From positions 1-64,000 of the IMG/VR virus record IMGVR_UViG_3300028048_000089: a DNA stretch of 64,000 nt; one strand, given 5' to 3'. The translations under genes were made by a program, and so were the position numbers. This document shows, piece by piece, positions 1-9,346 of this stretch (the first letter of the stretch is position 1; each line of letters opens with the position of its first letter). This DNA is from a virus (lineage: Duplodnaviria > Caudoviricetes). The notes beneath the pieces were generated by a model. That model searched no databases, was not told where the DNA came from, and was given only the letters and a program-made list of their open reading frames with translations.

Positions 1-148
1 AACTATCTTTGTTAAGAACATAAACAAGTTCACTAAGAGTTGAATATTTAGAATCATCTTTTAATTTAAATAAGACAAACAAAAGAAGTGAGTAAATATC
101 TTTCTCATCTAATTCTTCAAGTGTTTTAATAAGATAACTTTTTTTCAT
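1..148 (-). CDS. Partial ORF running off the window (MKKSYLIKTLEELDEKDIYSLLLFVLFKLKDDSKYSTLSELVYVLNKDS...), possibly a Mor-like regulator
   Basis: ATG at 148 with an open frame to position 1; function is a weak guess. Confidence 0.45.
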   Translation of the reverse strand, partial: MKKSYLIKTLEELDEKDIYSLLLFVLFKLKDDSKYSTLSELVYVLNKDS

Positions 149-151
149 AAT

Positions 152-988
152 TTATTTATAAGTATCCTCATCATAATTAGTGTATGACTTTTCTTCATAA
201 GCACTTGCAATAATTGAATCAATGATATCTTCTGGTAAATTATTTGATTGTATTACATCATTAATATCACCACTCATTCTTGCTCTAATTTTATTTACAA
301 ACATTCTAACAATATCAGAATAGTCACTACTTAATTTCCAAAGAAGTGGTGGTTCTTCCATATTTTTTTGATATTGTTTAACTATATAATTATCAGAAAT
401 ATCTTTACGAGAGTCTTTCTTTTCAAGTATGGTATTTGGTAAAGTAATACTATTTAAGAAAGTTAATAAACAAGACATATAAAGATATTTACACAATAAT
501 TTATCTGTTTTATAAGGACTTTCTTTAATAACTTCTTTTGCTATTTTAGGAAAAGTACCAAGAATTTCATAAGTATCTTCAACTACATCATCATGATTAT
601 AGGATGTTCTTATTGTATCTCTATATGTTTGTTGATATGCTTGAACATCTTCATCACCATCTTTTGTTACTTGTTCAAATGCTTCATTTTGATAATCAAC
701 TTTTAAATGACTTTTACAAGATTTTGCATAGTTAAGTACTGATTTAATTTGAATACCCTTTTTCTCTTTCTTTAAATATCTTGCATAAATCTTTGTTGCA
801 GAATATTGAGCATACCCATCATAATCTTCAAACTTTTTAAAGTAATTACTTTTACAAGCTAACATATAGAAAATTAAATACATATACTTAAACAACTTAT
901 TATCATCTCTATTTGGAGTGTAGAATTCTTCATCAAACTCTTTAGCCATTTGAGTATATCTTTTATTTTCTTCTTTTGAATATAACAT
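152..988 (-). CDS. Putative phage sigma-factor-like protein (gp55-like candidate)
   Basis: 278 aa; the N-terminal helical region loosely resembles sigma region 2; lies next to the gp46/47-like genes. Confidence 0.35.
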   Translation of the reverse strand: MLYSKEENKRYTQMAKEFDEEFYTPNRDDNKLFKYMYLIFYMLACKSNYFKKFEDYDGYAQYSATKIYARYLKKEKKGIQIKSVLNYAKSCKSHLKVDYQNEAFEQVTKDGDEDVQAYQQTYRDTIRTSYNHDDVVEDTYEILGTFPKIAKEVIKESPYKTDKLLCKYLYMSCLLTFLNSITLPNTILEKKDSRKDISDNYIVKQYQKNMEEPPLLWKLSSDYSDIVRMFVNKIRARMSGDINDVIQSNNLPEDIIDSIIASAYEEKSYTNYDEDTYK

Positions 989-2853
989 TATTGTACCTCA
1001 CTAACACCTAATTCATTCTTTACAATAACTATTTCACTATCATAAGGAATACATAAATCACTATGGTGTGAAATAATAAATGTACTTTCAATATCTTTTA
1101 GTTCTTGAGTAATAAAATTAATAACTTTATCACAACTATCAGCATCAAGATTATCAGTAATTTCATCTAAGAAAATAATATTGCTAGAGAAATTCAAGTG
1201 TTTAGATAACATATCTCTAATTGCAAATTGAGTAATTAAATCTACTCTTTGTTTTTCACCACCGGATAAGTTCTCATATTCTTTATTGCAAAAAGTAATA
1301 TCAATGTTATTACCATCAAGTTTAAAATCAATTTCATCAGTATTGAAAATCTTAGAAGCATACTCTTTTGCTTTCATATTAATATAATCAATACTATTAC
1401 TTAAAAGAATACCTCTAAAGTCTCTCTTAATATAAGTATTAAATTTGTTAACTACTTCAATGTGTTGATTAACTTTGTTTTTAGCATCAATACACTTTTC
1501 TTCTTGTGTGTTAACATCTTGTAATTTTGTAGTATATTCTTCAATTTTCTTCTTGCAATCTAATAATTTTTCATCATGTGATTGCATATCTTTCTCAACT
1601 CTAATAATCTCTGATTTGAGATTTTCAATGTCTCTAGATAAGACATCATTTGAATAAAGTCTCTCTTCTTCAACAATTGCTTTTAATCTAACATTAACAG
1701 ATTCAGTACTTGACTTAAACATTTCTTCAACTTTATCACTTGCTAAACCATATTCAGTTTTATTTGCATCAATATCAGAAAGAGTTGCTTTTAAATTCTC
1801 TTTAATAGTTTCTAATTGTTGTTCTTTAACTGATGTATCAGGTTTAATAACATTAGGAATTTTTTGACCACAAGTTGGACAAATATCTTTAATGTTCTTC
1901 ATATCAACAATTTCTTTTTCTAATTGTTGTGATTGAAGAGTAAGAGTTGTCTTAAGAGTTGTTAATTCTTTATCATACTCAACAAATTGAGAAAATAATT
2001 TATTCTTTCTATCATTCTTAATATTTGTTTCTTCTAACAACTTGGCATTTAATTGATTCTTTTCATCAACAAAAGAATTTAGTTTTTCAACATTAGTATT
2101 AAACTTTGTTGTTAGTTCATTCAATAAATCTCTTTTTTGAGTCAATACAGCACTAAAATCAGTTTCTTGAGATAAACTTTCTAATTTGTTATTTTCAAGT
2201 GTTAACTGCTCAGTATAGACACCTCTCTGTGTTGTTAAAGATAAGTATCTATCTTCTTCTTCTCTTAACTTAGTATTTAATTCAGACAATCTAACATCTA
2301 GTCTTTCTTTTAAGTCTTGAATCATAAAGTCAGACTTTGATAAATGTTCTAAGACCTCTTTTCTTCCTGCAGGAGTATTTGCCGTGAATTTATCAGGTAA
2401 ACCTTGACCAAGTAAAATAACACCACCAATAAGTTCTCTTGTTAAATCAGGAAGTAATTCATCTAAGATTGCTTGTGATTCTCTAATACCTTTACCACTC
2501 TTGTCTTCATTATTAACAATGACTTTAAGATTTGTACCATATGTTTTATCATCTTTACTTCTAATAAGTGTATAAGAATCATTATCAACCATAAAATCTA
2601 ATGAGACATAGCAACCATCATCAAAATAGATATTACTTAAATTAGACTTAAGGCCACTAATAGTTTCACCAATTAAAGCAAAAGAAATAGCATTAGCAAT
2701 AGTAGATTTACCTGCACCATTACTTCTAGCTGCATCTTTAGGATTCTTATTAATACCACTAATTAAACAATAACCTCTATCAGTTAAATCAATTGTAGCA
2801 TCATTGAAAGAAAGAAAATGATGAATATGTAATTTTAGAAACTTAATTGTCAT
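988..2853 (-). CDS. sbcC: SbcC/Rad50/gp46-like recombination ATPase
   Basis: Walker A GAGKST, coiled coils, CPTC zinc hook, LSGGE signature, Walker B IIFLDE, SHH. Confidence 0.93.
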   Translation of the reverse strand: MTIKFLKLHIHHFLSFNDATIDLTDRGYCLISGINKNPKDAARSNGAGKSTIANAISFALIGETISGLKSNLSNIYFDDGCYVSLDFMVDNDSYTLIRSKDDKTYGTNLKVIVNNEDKSGKGIRESQAILDELLPDLTRELIGGVILLGQGLPDKFTANTPAGRKEVLEHLSKSDFMIQDLKERLDVRLSELNTKLREEEDRYLSLTTQRGVYTEQLTLENNKLESLSQETDFSAVLTQKRDLLNELTTKFNTNVEKLNSFVDEKNQLNAKLLEETNIKNDRKNKLFSQFVEYDKELTTLKTTLTLQSQQLEKEIVDMKNIKDICPTCGQKIPNVIKPDTSVKEQQLETIKENLKATLSDIDANKTEYGLASDKVEEMFKSSTESVNVRLKAIVEEERLYSNDVLSRDIENLKSEIIRVEKDMQSHDEKLLDCKKKIEEYTTKLQDVNTQEEKCIDAKNKVNQHIEVVNKFNTYIKRDFRGILLSNSIDYINMKAKEYASKIFNTDEIDFKLDGNNIDITFCNKEYENLSGGEKQRVDLITQFAIRDMLSKHLNFSSNIIFLDEITDNLDADSCDKVINFITQELKDIESTFIISHHSDLCIPYDSEIVIVKNELGVSEVQ

Positions 2854-3103
2854 CTTCTTTTACCTCAATTAATTGATATATCATACCACAAAGAAAATCA
2901 ACACTATAATATTCATCTTCTAAAAATAACTCTTCATGATGATATTTATCACCTTTGCCCCACCCTAAATAGAATGTCCAAAAAGCACCCTCAATTACAT
3001 CCAAATGTACACTTTGAATTTCAAACCAACTATCTTTAGGTAGGAATTTTCTACATCTATTTTCAATTGTCTTAATAAAATTATTTGTAAGTTCTAATTT
3101 CAT
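2843..3103 (-). CDS. Hypothetical protein
   Basis: 86 aa ORF coupled to both neighbours. Confidence 0.6.
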   Translation of the reverse strand: MKLELTNNFIKTIENRCRKFLPKDSWFEIQSVHLDVIEGAFWTFYLGWGKGDKYHHEELFLEDEYYSVDFLCGMIYQLIEVKEDDN

Positions 3104-4146
3104 TTACACACCTCATTTAATTCTTCTACAATAATATTAGTATTGCCGTACTTTTCAAGAATAAATTTTTTAAATTGTTCTAAGTGGTCAGCACTATTAA
3201 TACCTAATGTTTTAGCAACAGCATAATCTGTAGTATTAAATTCTTCACTATATAAAATAAATCTATATTCAATGACATCAGTTAATGTTTTAATAACATC
3301 TCTTGCTTTTTCTTCTAATTTATCAAAACACTTAATAGAAAGAACTGCATTTGGCTTTAATCTATATAATTGCTTGATATCTTCTTCAGTATTAATTTCA
3401 AGTTTATAAAAATTTAAAGCATACGGATTTTCAATAAATTCTATTTGCAATGTATCAGTATCTAAAATTGCAACATGATGTTCATACTTAAATGCATCTT
3501 CATTGAAGTTTTGACCACATAATACACCTAAATTGAGAATTTTATCTTTAACAACCCAATCACCATTATGTAAATGACCATTGATATATAAATCACAATT
3601 CTCTAAAATCTCATCAATTTTAAACCCTGTTGTAGATAAGTAAGGTCCCATTTGAAAATCTTTAATATCATTGTGAGAAAATATAATTAATTTTTTATTG
3701 TAATCTCTATCTGTTAAATATTCTTTTAAAGGCTTTCTATTATCTTCTGTAATATATGGTAAGAATAGTAAATCAGTAGCATCATCTAAATGATAAAGAT
3801 ATGGAGTGTCTTCAATAACACCTATTTTATGAAGTGCTTGAGTAGAACTATATTGAAGAGATGATTCACCACTCTCATGATTACCAACAATAAAATGTTT
3901 TAATCTAGAGGACTTATTCCACTCAATCTCACTTAAGGATGTAATTTCTTCTCTATCTAAATCAGGTCTATCAAAAGTATCACCTAAAAAGATTTCTTCA
4001 ACACAATCATGTTCTTTAGCAACTTGTTCAGCCCAACTAATAGATTTAATGATATGTTCAAGACGAGTAGAGAAACACTTACCTCTACTTCTTACAATAG
4101 ATGAATATTTAGATAAATGGATATCACCGACAATTAATAATTTCAT
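3100..4146 (-). CDS. sbcD: SbcD/Mre11/gp47-like nuclease
   Basis: GDIH, LGDTFD, GNHE and GHLH metallophosphoesterase motifs; adjacent to sbcC. Confidence 0.9.
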   Translation of the reverse strand: MKLLIVGDIHLSKYSSIVRSRGKCFSTRLEHIIKSISWAEQVAKEHDCVEEIFLGDTFDRPDLDREEITSLSEIEWNKSSRLKHFIVGNHESGESSLQYSSTQALHKIGVIEDTPYLYHLDDATDLLFLPYITEDNRKPLKEYLTDRDYNKKLIIFSHNDIKDFQMGPYLSTTGFKIDEILENCDLYINGHLHNGDWVVKDKILNLGVLCGQNFNEDAFKYEHHVAILDTDTLQIEFIENPYALNFYKLEINTEEDIKQLYRLKPNAVLSIKCFDKLEEKARDVIKTLTDVIEYRFILYSEEFNTTDYAVAKTLGINSADHLEQFKKFILEKYGNTNIIVEELNEVCK

Positions 4147-4153
4147 ACAATTT

Positions 4154-4162
4154 ATTATACAA
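4154..4162 (-). promoter_or_regulatory. Extended -10 promoter TTGTATAAT (representative of 13 copies in or at intergenic gaps)
   Basis: Copies at 4154, 9004, 15445, 17402, 22469, 27056, 29857, 32205, 41839, 43109, 45897, 48135 and 48228, all on the minus strand. Confidence 0.75.
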
Positions 4163-4345
4163 TTAAATTAACCAAAGAGCAACAATGATAAATGTTCTCC
4201 ATAAGATACCCCAAGTTGATAACCCAATGAATGTAGTAACACTTGTAGGATTATCTTCAGTACTAGATGCCACACTAGCATTTTTAATTGCCATGCTAAT
4301 GAAACTTAATCCCATAAAAATTGTGCCTAAAATTCTAAATACCAT
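4163..4345 (-). CDS. Small two-TM membrane protein
   Basis: 60 aa with two hydrophobic segments. Confidence 0.6.
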   Translation of the reverse strand: MVFRILGTIFMGLSFISMAIKNASVASSTEDNPTSVTTFIGLSTWGILWRTFIIVALWLI

Positions 4346-4806
4346 TATTTCACACCTCCTTCAATCTTATCAATTACTTTAGTCCCCCATCTACTGGCGG
4401 TACCTTCAAACCAAATCCCGTCGTATTCTTTATTTGGAAGACCTTTTCTACTTCTATAATTTTGATAGTGATATCTAATAGCACTAGGAATAGTTACAAC
4501 AAATAACATGAAAGGACCAAAGATTAAGTTTTGTAAACTATGCCCAAATTCATGTCTTCTTGTATGTTCAAACCACTCTTCATCAGGACATTTAGTTGTG
4601 TAACCACCACAAAGAGCAACTGCACCAAGATTTAATCCACCCCAATTGCCACCAATTTCTACAATATATGAGAAACCATTTCTATGAACTTTACCATTTA
4701 AAAATATGATAGCAAATAAAGTAACAATAAGTCCAACTAAAGTCAACAATAAACCCCAAGTTAAACTAATAAACCAATAACCAATACATTTTAATACTTT
4801 CTTCAT
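4345..4806 (-). CDS. Membrane protein with HExxH (zincin-like) motif
   Basis: N-terminal TM helix, RRHEFGH, downstream WFEGTA. Confidence 0.6.
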   Translation of the reverse strand: MKKVLKCIGYWFISLTWGLLLTLVGLIVTLFAIIFLNGKVHRNGFSYIVEIGGNWGGLNLGAVALCGGYTTKCPDEEWFEHTRRHEFGHSLQNLIFGPFMLFVVTIPSAIRYHYQNYRSRKGLPNKEYDGIWFEGTASRWGTKVIDKIEGGVK

Positions 4807-4815
4807 ACTTATCCC

Positions 4816-4989
4816 CTAATATTTCATCTCATTAGTTATATCTACTAATTTCCTTGCAAATGCTCTCTTTTCATCTGTCAAACAATTTTCCTTTGCATCT
4901 AAATCTAATGCAAATGAGATTAGGTCCCAAAGCCAATAAACTTCTTCCCCTTCTAAAGTTAAGTGCAATTCTTTATATTCGTATCTCAT
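4816..4989 (-). CDS. Hypothetical 57-aa protein (MRYEYKELHL...), not in ORF track
   Basis: GGAGG RBS, ATG at 4989, TAG at 4816. Confidence 0.6.
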   Translation of the reverse strand: MRYEYKELHLTLEGEEVYWLWDLISFALDLDAKENCLTDEKRAFARKLVDITNEMKY

Positions 4990-4998
4990 AATACCTCC

Positions 4999-5949
4999 CT
5001 AATAAGATAATACTGAACAAACTATATAATCAATAAGTCTTTGATTACTCATATCAAGTAACCCAGACTTTAACTTGTAATCTAAACTTGTAATAAATTC
5101 AAATACTTTAATAAGCGAAGTAGCAGAATATTTACCACAATTATATGAGATTGCTTTATATTGTTTCATTGACATACCAAGAGATTCAGGAGTTGAATTC
5201 TTACCTAATTGTACATCAATAAGTTGTTTAAAGTTTTTATGCAATATTGTAATTAAGCCTGTACCTTCAACATCAATACTATCAATATCTTCTAAGACAC
5301 TTATGATTGTATCTTTGTCTTTCTTCAAGATTGCATTTGTGAAGTTAAAGATTGTTAAAGGACTTAAATCATTATAACCACCAATATCAGATAATTCCCT
5401 AAATACTTGTTCTTGTTTAGAAACATCAAAACATTTAAGTTTTTTCATCTCATTATCAAGTCTATAAATATTTTCATTGTTTTTACCTAAAGATGCAGTG
5501 ATGTCATATAGCCACTTAATCTCATTATCATTTAAACCAGGACATTGAGATTTCATATATGCTTGAATTTGCCAATCTTCTAACTTAGGAAATTCATAAG
5601 TATTTTCATAATCAAAGGCTAATTCATTACAAATAATAACAACATCTTTTATTGTGGTTAAATCAACTTCTTGAGGACATTCAAACTTTTGACATGAATA
5701 TACCTTAAGAGTATTTGCAGTTTCACTTAAATTAAAAACATCAATGTCATTTGTATAGACTTCTTCAAAAGAATTAATATATTCTATTGGTAATTTTCTA
5801 ACTTCAGATAGTTTATTTACATATTGAAATGCTAAAAATGGATTATCAACCCATTTAAATATATACAATCTATCAGTAGCAACATTAAATGTTAATGCAG
5901 TTTTAAAGTCTCTTAAATCTTCTATTGTGTGCATCTTACAAACTCCCAA
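4999..5949 (-). CDS. holA: DNA polymerase III delta-like clamp loader subunit
   Basis: NEMKKL, IFNFTNAI and C-terminal LDYKLKSG features; follows dnaX-holB. Confidence 0.75.
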   Translation of the reverse strand: MGVCKMHTIEDLRDFKTALTFNVATDRLYIFKWVDNPFLAFQYVNKLSEVRKLPIEYINSFEEVYTNDIDVFNLSETANTLKVYSCQKFECPQEVDLTTIKDVVIICNELAFDYENTYEFPKLEDWQIQAYMKSQCPGLNDNEIKWLYDITASLGKNNENIYRLDNEMKKLKCFDVSKQEQVFRELSDIGGYNDLSPLTIFNFTNAILKKDKDTIISVLEDIDSIDVEGTGLITILHKNFKQLIDVQLGKNSTPESLGMSMKQYKAISYNCGKYSATSLIKVFEFITSLDYKLKSGLLDMSNQRLIDYIVCSVLSY

Positions 5950-6770
5950 AGATTAGTTAAGAAATTCTCAATAAAGAATTCTTTGTTTAGTCTTGAATCT
6001 CTTAATCTCTTTTTAAACCCTGATATAAAATTATACATTTCAAAGAGTTCATTAGAATAATTTTCATTAATAAGTTTCAATAATGTTTGTAACAAAACAT
6101 TAAAAAATACTTGTAAATCAAATTTATCAAATTCATCTTTTAAATTTATTTTTTGTGTGATACTTAATGTATTTGAATAGTTTGCTTTATGCATTTTTGT
6201 AATGATTGTCTCACATAACTCTTCTAACTTAGTTAAATCACCTGAATGTAGAGATAAAACTTGACCAGGTGTTGTACAAACATCTAAAATATGAGAAGAT
6301 TCTTCATTTGTAGTAAAAGGTGTGCTAGAATCACTTGAAAATGGGTCAAAATCAAAGTCTTTATCAAGAAATTTTGCTAAAGTGCTTCTTGAATAGGGTT
6401 CAAATTCAAAACTAACACATCTATTTGAAACAGTTTGAAGAATCATTGATTTATTTGCACATAATAATACCAAATATGCATATGAAGATGGTTCTTCTAA
6501 AAACTTTAATATAATATTTTGATGTCTATCAGTTAAAACACTACAATCTATTAAATACATTGCAGGTATTGGTTTTGTTGCAATCTCATTTATAGTATCT
6601 AAAGAAATAATCTCACTAATATCAATTAAATCAAGATTAAAATACTCAGCAAGTTCTTTTGCAAGAGTATGTTTACCACAACCTACTTCACCACATAATA
6701 AAATAGAATGAGGCAAAGTTGTAATAGTGTATGATTTTAATTTTGCAATTAACTTATCTTGACCAATCAT
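5922..6770 (-). CDS. holB: DNA polymerase III delta-prime-like clamp loader subunit
   Basis: PHSILLCGEVGCGKHT, QNIILKFLEEP, TVSNRC. Confidence 0.85.
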   Translation of the reverse strand: MIGQDKLIAKLKSYTITTLPHSILLCGEVGCGKHTLAKELAEYFNLDLIDISEIISLDTINEIATKPIPAMYLIDCSVLTDRHQNIILKFLEEPSSYAYLVLLCANKSMILQTVSNRCVSFEFEPYSRSTLAKFLDKDFDFDPFSSDSSTPFTTNEESSHILDVCTTPGQVLSLHSGDLTKLEELCETIITKMHKANYSNTLSITQKINLKDEFDKFDLQVFFNVLLQTLLKLINENYSNELFEMYNFISGFKKRLRDSRLNKEFFIENFLTNLWEFVRCTQ

Positions 6771-7804
6771 TAAAGACTCCTACAAATATTAATAAGACCT
6801 ACACTAATTGTTGTTTTAGGCATAGTATCATATCTTAAAGAATTTTTAATGTCAAATATTTTAGACATTAACTGATTAAAGTATGCAGTACTACCTTCAA
6901 AACCAACAACATACTTAATACACATCTCTGAATTATTTGCTTCTAATGATAATGGGATTTTTGTTAAGTTAATATCTTTAAATAAGCAATATTTATTTAA
7001 GTCTAACACAAAATCTAAATATTGTTCAATGAATAGTTTTAAGTCACCACCACTATTAAAGCAATCTTCAACAATTCTTAATACTTCTTTCTGATTTCTT
7101 TCTACTAAATTATTTGTTAATTTAATAAATGTTTCATAAGAGAAGTTACCTAAACTTTGTATCACATTTGTTATACATAAGTCTTTACTATACCCAGCAC
7201 ATTTCTCTAACATTGCAATAGCATCTCTCATACCACCACATGCCAATTTTGCAATATAATCACAAGATTCATCATAGTTTGTAAAACCTTCTTGACTTGC
7301 AATATATTTTAATCTATCTCTAATCTTATCAGAAGAGATTCTAGACAAGTTAAATCTCATAACACGATTGAGAATAGTTGCAGGAATCTTTTGTGGGTCT
7401 GTGGTGCAGAAAATGAATACTGTGTACATAGATGGCTCTTCAATGCATTTTAAGAATGCTTGCCAACCTTGATTTGTAATAGCATGACATTCATCAATAA
7501 TAATGACTTTATATTCAGCATCTAAAGCCCTTTGTTTAGAATCATCAATAATTGCTCTAACATTATCAACACCATTGTTTGAGGCAGCATCCATTTCAAT
7601 TGGAAGACCATTACCGTGATTTAATTCTTTTGCAAAGATTCTCGCTAAAGTTGTTTTACCATCTCCAGAAGGTCCACAAAATAAATAAGCATGACTAAAT
7701 TCATTAGTTGCTAATTGTTGTTTTAGAATCTTCACAACTACATCTTGACCAATAACTTCACTAAATTGTTTTGGTCTATATTTAACTGCCAATGCTTCAC
7801 TCAT
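6770..7804 (-). CDS. dnaX: DNA polymerase III gamma/tau clamp loader ATPase
   Basis: KYRP, HAYLFCGPSGDGKTT, MDAASNNGVD, IIDECH, GGMRDA. Confidence 0.95.
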   Translation of the reverse strand: MSEALAVKYRPKQFSEVIGQDVVVKILKQQLATNEFSHAYLFCGPSGDGKTTLARIFAKELNHGNGLPIEMDAASNNGVDNVRAIIDDSKQRALDAEYKVIIIDECHAITNQGWQAFLKCIEEPSMYTVFIFCTTDPQKIPATILNRVMRFNLSRISSDKIRDRLKYIASQEGFTNYDESCDYIAKLACGGMRDAIAMLEKCAGYSKDLCITNVIQSLGNFSYETFIKLTNNLVERNQKEVLRIVEDCFNSGGDLKLFIEQYLDFVLDLNKYCLFKDINLTKIPLSLEANNSEMCIKYVVGFEGSTAYFNQLMSKIFDIKNSLRYDTMPKTTISVGLINICRSL

Positions 7805-8175
7805 AATCTTGTCTCCTCAATAATCTCTAATTGTTCAGATGGTAACCAACCTTCAAAGTCTTCTTTCATATCACACTTATTGATAATATCATAATATACA
7901 CCATACACATAAATCATCTTACCAACTTTTTTACTTACTGCAAACTTAAGATATTCATGTAATGGATATTTACCACCATTCCAATTACTTACCAATAATT
8001 CATTATCAGTAGCATTTAAAAGATGCTTATCTAGTTTTACTATATACAATATATTATACTCAAATGTTTTCTCAACATGCTTTTTAATATGAAAAGTATG
8101 ATGTAAACTATCATACTCTCCAACTTCTGCTTCATGTACTTGTTCTAATTGTTTTAATATTAATTTATTAATCAT
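7801..8175 (-). CDS. Hypothetical protein
   Basis: 124 aa ORF. Confidence 0.6.
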   Translation of the reverse strand: MINKLILKQLEQVHEAEVGEYDSLHHTFHIKKHVEKTFEYNILYIVKLDKHLLNATDNELLVSNWNGGKYPLHEYLKFAVSKKVGKMIYVYGVYYDIINKCDMKEDFEGWLPSEQLEIIEETRL

Positions 8176-8818
8176 TTTTCTCTACACAAAAAGTTGCAAT
8201 AATATCGGCACAATGTAATAATACACATAAATTGAACTTTGCTAAGATTTCAGACAAATCATTAACAGGGTCTTTATCTACTGCAGAGTATTGATACATT
8301 AAAGCCATTGTTTCTTCATTTGTTAATGGAATAAATTGACTAGCAATTAGGTATGAGATTGTGCCTTTATTGCCTAAAATCTTTCTATCTTTTGCATCTT
8401 TAACTTTATATGATTTTGTAGAAACCCAATCAAAGTTACCAAGTTCATCATATTTTTTACCATAATTTGAATAGACTTTTTCATTTTTAATTGTTTCTTC
8501 ATAAAAATTAATTTTATTTAAATCATGAAGAAGGCCAACAATAATTAATGATAACTTAGAGTACTTATCCTCAGGAATGAATTTATCACAAAGAGATGAT
8601 AAAGCACGATAAACATTTAATGAATGTAAACAAAGGCCACCTGGAAAACTACAATGATACTTTGTACTTGCAGGTGCAGTAAAGAAGCCATTATCATCTA
8701 AATAATTGATAAGACCTTCAACATCAGCACCCTGTCTACCGCCATTTGCAGCATCTAAATCCCAAAGAATGTTACAAAATACTTCTTTGTTTTCTTTAAT
8801 TTCATAAGCTTCTAACAT
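8168..8818 (-). CDS. HD-domain phosphohydrolase
   Basis: APASTKYH...GGLCLHS, LLHDLNK, HCAD. Confidence 0.85.
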   Translation of the reverse strand: MLEAYEIKENKEVFCNILWDLDAANGGRQGADVEGLINYLDDNGFFTAPASTKYHCSFPGGLCLHSLNVYRALSSLCDKFIPEDKYSKLSLIIVGLLHDLNKINFYEETIKNEKVYSNYGKKYDELGNFDWVSTKSYKVKDAKDRKILGNKGTISYLIASQFIPLTNEETMALMYQYSAVDKDPVNDLSEILAKFNLCVLLHCADIIATFCVEKND

Positions 8819-8828
8819 AAATTATCTC

Positions 8829-8984
8829 CTATTCTAACCAAATCTTTGTATGAAAATCTTCATCAGCATGACTATAAATATATTCAATTGCTTCTTCTTC
8901 AGTTTCAAATGGAATTTTAACTTGAGCAACAGCATCTTTCAGTTCAATTCTTAACTCAAAACATGCATAAGTATTACTAGCCAT
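8829..8984 (-). CDS. Hypothetical 51-aa protein (MASNTYACFE...), not in ORF track
   Basis: GAGGTG RBS; promoter at 9004. Confidence 0.55.
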   Translation of the reverse strand: MASNTYACFELRIELKDAVAQVKIPFETEEEAIEYIYSHADEDFHTKIWLE

Positions 8985-9014
8985 ATATTATCACCTCTAC
9001 TATATTATACAACT

Positions 9015-9091
9015 TGGTGGACACAAAGGGACTTGAACCCTTAACCGACGGTTTATGAGACCGTTGCACTAACCGATTGTGCTATATGTCC
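9015..9091 (-). tRNA. tRNA with CAU anticodon (Ile2 or elongator Met), CCA encoded
   Basis: Cloverleaf: acceptor GGACAUA/UGUGUCC, D arm GCAC/GUGC, anticodon arm ACGGU-CUCAUAA-ACCGU, T arm AAGGG-UUCAAGU-CCCUU, ACCA end. Confidence 0.95.
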
Positions 9092-9146
9092 ATAGATAAA
9101 TGCCACATGTTTTTACTTCGGTCAAATGTGGCACACCGTGAGTTCT

Positions 9147-9344
9147 TTATAGTGACTCTAACTTATTTATCTTTCTTCTTCTAATGTTACCTTTTTCATC
9201 AGTATAGTATTCAACATTAGCATTCTTATTTTCATAAGTTTTTTTGTAATGTCTTTTTCTATATGGTGGAACAAAGTAGGAATTGTTTGTGTATGGACCA
9301 TCAAGTAAATTATTAATTTGTTTTAATGTATCTAACTTACTCAT
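9147..9344 (-). CDS. Small basic hypothetical protein
   Basis: 65 aa ORF. Confidence 0.55.
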   Translation of the reverse strand: MSKLDTLKQINNLLDGPYTNNSYFVPPYRKRHYKKTYENKNANVEYYTDEKGNIRRRKINKLESL

Positions 9345-9346
9345 AA

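Noticed and set aside
9137-9147. 11-nt complementarity between the tRNA upstream region and the ncRNA 3' end (CGTGAGTTCTT)
   Set aside because: Matches of this length are expected by chance in 64 kb
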